A DNA stretch of 64,000 bases from Hydrurus foetidus (taxonomy: Eukaryota), in assembly GCA_900617105.1 (NCBI GenBank), contig UYFQ01000842.1:1-64000 (forward strand), in the 5' to 3' direction. Within the stretch, counting starts at the first letter, position 1; every line of letters starts with the position of its first letter. Below, in pieces: positions 58,363-64,000 of this stretch. Both the position numbers and the translations under genes were made by a program. Below the pieces are notes generated by a model that saw only the letters and a program-made list of their open reading frames with translations, did not search any database and was not told the DNA's origin.

Positions 58363-59724
58363 CTAGCGCGTCAGCTTGAGCCCCAGCACCTGCTGGGCCA
58401 CACAGCGCCCCTGCACCTTGCCGCTATCGATCGCGCTGCGGAAGTGGATACCCGCATACATGCGTGAGATGGCGGCCTCATCGGCAGCCGCGCGGAAGCT
58501 GGCAAAGGTGCGTGGCCCCCAACCGCGGTCATTGTGGGTGTTGTCGGTGAAAGGCTTGTTGGCTCCAAAGACGGCATCCAACACATCCGACGCAGCACCC
58601 GACTGCACCGAATGGCCCGAGGGAAATTCCGGAAAGTTCGGCGTGTGCATCAGCGTGGGCACCCAGTTGCTGTCGATCACCAGTTGCACATAGGTGACCG
58701 GGCGCAACAGGCTCACGGTGTACTTGGTTTTCCAGCCCGCAATAAAGGCGTCGGCCATGGCGATATTCAGGCGCACCATGGTGTGGGCCGCCTGGGCCAG
58801 GCTGGCATTTTGCTGCTTCAGCAGGTCGTTGGCGATATAGAGCCAGTGACCCGCGGGTGTGGGGGTCTTGAGAGGGTCATCCGCCCAGTACAAGGCGACC
58901 TGGCGCTGCTCTTGTGTGGTCTTGTTGCTCACCTGGTAGACCTCGTTAGCCTCCTTGTAAAAGGCCGAGCCGGGGCTCTCGGAGTACGGCGGTGGCAGCG
59001 GTGCGGCGCAGGCTGTGCTGGTTTTCAACACAAAGGGCCGCACCTCACCCCACCAAGGCAACAGCGCCGGCCCAAACGCCGGTGGCGTGGCCGACCACTG
59101 GCCTTCGCCACTGGGTGGCACATAGTTCTGCTGGTTGCGGCGCAGCGGGCCCCAGGCCTCGTGCCCGCCGTCGGTGCGGGCCCAGGTCATGATGGCCATG
59201 GCCATGAGCTTGCCAAAGGTCTCCGACCGGTTGGTAATCTCGGGCGTCACCGTATTGGGGTCAAAGTCTTGGCTGTATTTGAGCGGCAGGCTGCGCTCCA
59301 GCAGGTCGATGCGGGCCTTGTTCTCGGCACTGGCCGTGGGGAACATCATGCGCGTCATGGTGGCCATGGAGGCATTGGCCACGGTGGGCCAATGCAGCAC
59401 CTCATCAGGCTGGGCCCAGGGCAGCGACTGCAGCTCGTTGAGCTGGCCGGCCAGGCTCTGGTTCTGCGGCATGCCGGGCACTACCGACTCGTACAGCGTG
59501 AGCCCCAGGTAGGCAAACGCACGCGAGGCCACGGGGGGGCTGAAGCCAGGCGTCTGCTGCGTGAGCAGCAGCGCCAGGCTGAACCACTCGGTGGCCACAC
59601 TGGCGCTGAAGGCGCTGGCCGGGCTGGCCACGGGCGTGGCCTGCTGGGCGTGTACAGGCAGCAACAAGGCGCTGGTCCAGGCGCAGGCCCACGCCAAGCA
59701 CAAAGAAAGCAATCGGGTTTTCAT
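58363..59724 (-). CDS. Secreted vanadium-dependent haloperoxidase-like protein (PAP2 superfamily)
   Basis: Signal peptide; KYTVSLLRP (KX6RP), FPSGHS, SRMYAGIHF; TPAGHW; ATG overlaps the upstream stop. Confidence 0.85.
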   Translation of the reverse strand: MKTRLLSLCLAWACAWTSALLLPVHAQQATPVASPASAFSASVATEWFSLALLLTQQTPGFSPPVASRAFAYLGLTLYESVVPGMPQNQSLAGQLNELQSLPWAQPDEVLHWPTVANASMATMTRMMFPTASAENKARIDLLERSLPLKYSQDFDPNTVTPEITNRSETFGKLMAMAIMTWARTDGGHEAWGPLRRNQQNYVPPSGEGQWSATPPAFGPALLPWWGEVRPFVLKTSTACAAPLPPPYSESPGSAFYKEANEVYQVSNKTTQEQRQVALYWADDPLKTPTPAGHWLYIANDLLKQQNASLAQAAHTMVRLNIAMADAFIAGWKTKYTVSLLRPVTYVQLVIDSNWVPTLMHTPNFPEFPSGHSVQSGAASDVLDAVFGANKPFTDNTHNDRGWGPRTFASFRAAADEAAISRMYAGIHFRSAIDSGKVQGRCVAQQVLGLKLTR

Positions 59725-61352
59725 GGGGCTTTCCAATTCACAAGACCTTGGGGGCTCACGGTGTAGAAGGCGTCCGCCTTGGCGGGCATCCATTCGCTCC
59801 AGCCGCCGTGTGGCCACTGCACGCGCAGCTGGGCGGTTGCGGCGCTACCCAGGCCAAAGTGCATCCAGCCCATATGGCCACTGGCGTGGCCACCACCCAC
59901 GGTGAGTTCCTGGCGGATGACGGGGGCGGTGTCGGCCTCGCCCAGCTTCACCTCTACCCACGCGCCCACCGCATCGCGGTTACCGCTGGGCTGCTGCAGG
60001 CGCAGCTGCAACCAGTGGCCCGCGCCCGCCGCGGCACCGCTGCTGGTCTGGCGCCAGAGCTGGGCTTTGTCCCAGCGGTTGACCACCAACACGTCCAGCA
60101 GGCCATCGCCATTCAGGTCCACCACCATACCGCCACGCCCGCGCTTGAAGCTGGCCAGGCCGGCCTGGCTACCGGCTTCTACAAAATTGCCGTCTGCCTT
60201 TTGCAGCAGCAGGTTGTTGGGGTCCAGCATCGCAAAGTCGGGCATGGTGGACACATTGCCTTTGACCACAAACAGGTCCGTCAGGCCATCGTTGTTCATG
60301 TCCACAAACTGTGCATGCCAGGCGGTGCTGGGGTGTACATCGCCGCCCACATAGGGCCGGTGCGCGGTGACGCCACGCTTGAAGGCCCTATCGGTGAAGC
60401 GCGGCTGGGTGGCGCCGGCTTCCAGCGTCTGCAGCTTGTTGTCGGACATGCTGGTCAGAAACACGTCCGGATAGCCATCGCCATTGAGGTCGTGGCTGGC
60501 AATGCCCATGCCCCAGATCTGCAGCGGCTTCCAGCCCTGGGCCGCGGTGTAGAGCGTTGGCGCCGCACCCGCGGGCACTTGCCAGAGCTGCTCCTCTCCA
60601 CCCTTGTAGTACTCGCGGTCATTGCTCACACGTAGCGCAGCGGTGCCCGAACGGTTCCAGTCGGAGAACAGCATGGATAGCGCGCAGTGGCCGGGCACCA
60701 GAGGCGTGGCGGGCTGGTAGCCGCCACCCTCTTTGGGCCGCAGCAGCAGGCCCGGCGTGCAGCTACCCCAAGGGAACTCGGGCTTGTTGCGGTCGGTGTA
60801 AGTGCCGATGGCCAGCGTGGGCCAGCTTTGGCCCTGCTCCCAGGTGGCAGAAAACGCCGTGTGCCAGCCGTTGCCGGTGTGAATATTCCAGGCGTCGTTG
60901 GCCTTCTCAAACTTGCACTGGCCCAAGCCCCTGAACACCTGTACCTCGCCCACGCGCAGCACGACCAAGTCAACCTGGCCATCGCCATCAATGTCCAGCG
61001 GGTAGGCGCCAATGGCATTGGTCAGCTCCAGGCCCGAACGCTCCTCCTGCAGCTTGAGCGCGCCGCCGCGGGCACTGCGGTTGCGCAGAAACTTGGCCTT
61101 GTTCACGCCTGCGGTGACATAGACCTCGGGCAAGCCATCACCATCGCAGTCGAAGCTGGCCACACCGCCGCCCACCATGTATTCACCCTCCCCTTCAAAG
61201 CGGCTTTGCAGGCCCGCCGTGTCGGTTTCTTCGACAAAACGGGGGATGGCGGGAAGCGGTGCGGGCTCGGCAGCATGCACCAGAGGCGCCAGGTACAGCC
61301 CGAGCAGTAGCAAGCCCGGTCGGGCCCGCAAACGAAGTGGCAGGAATTTCAC
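59721..61352 (-). CDS. CRTAC1-family protein (FG-GAP repeats plus ASPIC/UnbV domain)
   Basis: Signal peptide; repeated DxDGDG / DLNGDG Ca-binding loops; C-terminal NRDAVGA.V..GGG..HFGLG..V.WP. Confidence 0.88.
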   Translation of the reverse strand: MKFLPLRLRARPGLLLLGLYLAPLVHAAEPAPLPAIPRFVEETDTAGLQSRFEGEGEYMVGGGVASFDCDGDGLPEVYVTAGVNKAKFLRNRSARGGALKLQEERSGLELTNAIGAYPLDIDGDGQVDLVVLRVGEVQVFRGLGQCKFEKANDAWNIHTGNGWHTAFSATWEQGQSWPTLAIGTYTDRNKPEFPWGSCTPGLLLRPKEGGGYQPATPLVPGHCALSMLFSDWNRSGTAALRVSNDREYYKGGEEQLWQVPAGAAPTLYTAAQGWKPLQIWGMGIASHDLNGDGYPDVFLTSMSDNKLQTLEAGATQPRFTDRAFKRGVTAHRPYVGGDVHPSTAWHAQFVDMNNDGLTDLFVVKGNVSTMPDFAMLDPNNLLLQKADGNFVEAGSQAGLASFKRGRGGMVVDLNGDGLLDVLVVNRWDKAQLWRQTSSGAAAGAGHWLQLRLQQPSGNRDAVGAWVEVKLGEADTAPVIRQELTVGGGHASGHMGWMHFGLGSAATAQLRVQWPHGGWSEWMPAKADAFYTVSPQGLVNWKAP

Positions 61353-61383
61353 AAAAAGCCTTGTCGATAAAAGTGTCAGGTAC

Positions 61384-61400
61384 CGAATTTAATAAATTCG
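61384..61400. promoter_or_regulatory. Perfect inverted repeat (operator candidate) in the divergent CRTAC1/MCP spacer
   Basis: CGAATTTA-A-TAAATTCG. Confidence 0.55.
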
Positions 61401-61516
61401 ACCGAAAAACTAAGTCGGGTTTACACCAATACCTTTGGCGCCCCGGGCCATGACAATGGCCTCCACCTTCGCAGCGGCACCGGGCCCGCGCGACACATAA
61501 AGTTGGAGACGCAGAC

Positions 61517-63094
61517 ATGAAGTTGAGGACCCAAATCATTGCGTTTGGTCTGGTGGGCACCTGCCTGACGGTGGTGGTGGGCGGCATCGGCCTGCTGTCG
61601 GCCAAGCGCATGGACCGCACGGTGCAAAGCACCGCCGTGGCCTCGAGCGCCATGGAGGCCAAAGAGGTGCTGAGCCGCATGCACATTGCCATTCGCAGCG
61701 ATGGACAGCTGGCCCTGTTCGGCGCACAACAAAAAAGCCCGGAGCGCATTACCGAAGCCGAGAAAAACCTGAAGGGCCATATTGAGGCACTCAACCAGGC
61801 GCTGGCCAAGCTCAAGGCACAGGCTCTGGACGAGGCGACGCAAACGGCACTGACCACGCTGGAGCCACTGCTGAGCCAGTACGTGGACATGGCCAGCCTG
61901 ACGGTGGAATCGGCCAACATTGACATTGGTATGGCCGAGAACAAGCTGGGCGGCCTGCAGAACACCTATGGCGAAATCGACCAACCATTGACCGACCTGG
62001 CCAAGATCATCGAGTCCCGTGCCCAAGCCGTGGCGCAGGACGCACAGCAAAGCGTGAAACAAACCACCGTGGCCATTGGCTTGGCGGTGGCGGTGGCCGC
62101 GCTGACCATGACCCTGGCCGCCCTGTTGCTGGCACAGCATATGACGCGCCCCATGGCGCATGCCGTCAGCGTGGCCGCGCAGCTGGCCGATGGCGACCTG
62201 ACCACCACCATCGTTCCCAGCGGCAACCACGAGACGGTGCAAATGCTGGAGTCCATGCAGCGCATGCTGGGCAGTTTTCAGACCATCGTGCGCAATGTGA
62301 AATACAACGCACAGGCCGTGGAAAACGCCAGTACCGAAATTGCCCAGGGCAATAACGACCTGTCCGAGCGCACCGAACAGCAGGCCAGTGCGCTGCAGGA
62401 AACCACCTCCTCGGTAGAGACCTTGAGTGAAGCCGTTCGCCAAAACGCCGACTCTGCCCAGCAGGCCAACCAGATGGCCATGAGCGCCTCCAGCGTGGCC
62501 CACCAGGGCGGTACGGTGGTGGGCCATGTGGTGGAGACCATGCGCGGCATCAACGAATCGAGCCGCAAGATTGCCGACATCATCAGCGTGATCGACGGCA
62601 TTGCGTTCCAGACCAACATCTTGGCCTTGAACGCCGCAGTGGAAGCCGCCCGCGCGGGCGAGCAAGGCCGCGGATTTGCCGTGGTAGCCAGCGAGGTGCG
62701 CAGCCTGGCCAGCCGCAGCGCCGAAGCGGCCAAGGAAATCAAACACCTGATCTCCACCAGTGTGGAGCGCGTGGAGCAAGGCACACGGCAGGTAGACCAG
62801 GCTGGTGCCACCATGGCCGAAGTGGTGGAGGCCATCCGCCGCGTCACCGGCATCATGCAAGAAATCAGCAGCGCCAGCAGCGCCCAGTCCGCCGTGGTGG
62901 CGCAGGTGCGCGACGCGCTGTCGCAGCTGGACCGCGTGACCCAGCAAAACGCGGCGCTGGTGGAAGAGATCGCCGCCTCCGCGGTGGGCCTGCGCAACCA
63001 GGCCGGTGAGATGGTGCTGGCCACCACCGCCTTCCGCCTCGATGAAGCCACCCTGCTGAAGTCGCCCGCCACCGCCATGCTGTCGTTGGCCTAA
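61517..63094 (+). CDS. Methyl-accepting chemotaxis protein
   Basis: TM1, periplasmic domain, TM2, HAMP; hairpin tip [34 protein letters not shown]. Confidence 0.97.
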   Translation: MKLRTQIIAFGLVGTCLTVVVGGIGLLSAKRMDRTVQSTAVASSAMEAKEVLSRMHIAIRSDGQLALFGAQQKSPERITEAEKNLKGHIEALNQALAKLKAQALDEATQTALTTLEPLLSQYVDMASLTVESANIDIGMAENKLGGLQNTYGEIDQPLTDLAKIIESRAQAVAQDAQQSVKQTTVAIGLAVAVAALTMTLAALLLAQHMTRPMAHAVSVAAQLADGDLTTTIVPSGNHETVQMLESMQRMLGSFQTIVRNVKYNAQAVENASTEIAQGNNDLSERTEQQASALQETTSSVETLSEAVRQNADSAQQANQMAMSASSVAHQGGTVVGHVVETMRGINESSRKIADIISVIDGIAFQTNILALNAAVEAARAGEQGRGFAVVASEVRSLASRSAEAAKEIKHLISTSVERVEQGTRQVDQAGATMAEVVEAIRRVTGIMQEISSASSAQSAVVAQVRDALSQLDRVTQQNAALVEEIAASAVGLRNQAGEMVLATTAFRLDEATLLKSPATAMLSLA

Positions 63095-63135
63095 CCATTT
63101 TTTTTGACTAACAAACCAATAAAAAGGAAAGCACC

Positions 63136-64000
63136 GTGCGTATCAATCGAAGAGTGATCGTCAGCGGCTTGCTGGCTGGACTGACCGGCCTGCCCACCGC
63201 GCGGGCGCAGCAAACCAAGGCCGAAGTCGGCCTGTCCATGCCCACCCTGGCCTTGCAACGTTGGGTGGTCGATGGGCTGGCTTTGGTGCGCTCGCTGGAC
63301 AAACTGGGCTACTCCTCGGACTTGCAGTTTGCCAACAACGAAGTGCCCACCCAGATTGCCCAGATCGACGCCATGTTGCAAAAAGGCGTGAAGCTGCTGA
63401 TCGTGGCGCCTATCGACGGCAGCACCCTGGGGCCCATCCTGAAGAAGGCGGCAGAGCAAAAGGTCAAGGTCATCTCCTACGACCGCCTGATCCGCAACAC
63501 GCCCCATGTGGACTACTACACCACGTTCGACAACTTCCAGGTCGGCGTGCAGCAGGGAAGCGAGATCGTCAAGCGACTGAAGCTTGAAGAGAACAAGGGG
63601 CCCTTCAACATCGAGCTTTTTGCGGGTTCGCCCGACGACAACAACGCGTTCTTCTTCTACGACGGCGCCATGTCGATACTCAAGCCGCACCTGGACAAGG
63701 GGCAGTTGGTGGTGGGCTCTGGCCAGATGGGCATGGACACCGTCTCCACCAAGGCCTGGAGCGGCGCCACGGCACGCCAGCGGTTTGAGAAACTACTGGA
63801 AAAGGTGTATGCCAAGCAGCGTCTGCACGCAGTGCTGTCGCCCAATGACGGCATTTCCATTGAACTGTTGGCCGCGCTGAAAAAGGCAGGCTATGGCACG
63901 GGCGGCATGCCCCTGCCCATCGTGAGCGGGCAGGACGCAGATTTACAGTCGGTGCGCTCCATCATTCGCCAGGAGCAGTCCTTCACCGTCTTCAAGGACA
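63136..64000 (+). CDS. ChvE-like periplasmic monosaccharide-binding protein, truncated by window edge
   Basis: Hand translation from GTG 63136 after AAGGAAA: VRINRRVIVSGLL..VGLSMPT..RW..DG, ISYDRLI..VDYYTTFDNFQVG, IELFAGSPDDNNA, LSPNDG, VSGQDA, TVFKD. Confidence 0.88.
   Translation, partial: MRINRRVIVSGLLAGLTGLPTARAQQTKAEVGLSMPTLALQRWVVDGLALVRSLDKLGYSSDLQFANNEVPTQIAQIDAMLQKGVKLLIVAPIDGSTLGPILKKAAEQKVKVISYDRLIRNTPHVDYYTTFDNFQVGVQQGSEIVKRLKLEENKGPFNIELFAGSPDDNNAFFFYDGAMSILKPHLDKGQLVVGSGQMGMDTVSTKAWSGATARQRFEKLLEKVYAKQRLHAVLSPNDGISIELLAALKKAGYGTGGMPLPIVSGQDADLQSVRSIIRQEQSFTVFKD

Overview
High-GC betaproteobacterial chromosome segment; gene order and proteins look Comamonadaceae/Rhodoferax-like (inference). 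Positions 1-38 kb are mostly core genes: YadGH-type ABC exporter, mlaFEDACB, gltBD (broken by a cluster of indels that look like sequencing errors), a stand-alone Y1-HUH/RAYT-type gene, slyB, dgt, aroBK, pilMNOPQ, mrcA, cyaY, lptM-lysA, msrPQ, system II cytochrome c maturation with cytochrome c4, engB, two lipid A acyltransferases, and metK with a probable SAM-II-type riboswitch. Positions 38-64 kb are more accessory: a GT9/GtrA/ArnT-like module, an RRM RNA-binding protein, a LacI-regulated GH3 plus sugar ABC importer, a BNR/sialidase-like protein with a membrane partner, pirin, a PaiB gene with an internal stop, DUF748, hemerythrin, a CRTAC1/ASPIC-UnbV plus vanadium-haloperoxidase-like pair, an MCP and a ChvE-like binding protein. 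The main hidden signal is a family of ~55-bp palindromic repeats found by eye, in six copies that align almost without gaps. One abuts the Y1-HUH gene, three fill intergenic gaps or supply stop codons, and two lie in frame inside protein genes in the same frame and orientation. No CRISPR array, rRNA or tRNA was seen.
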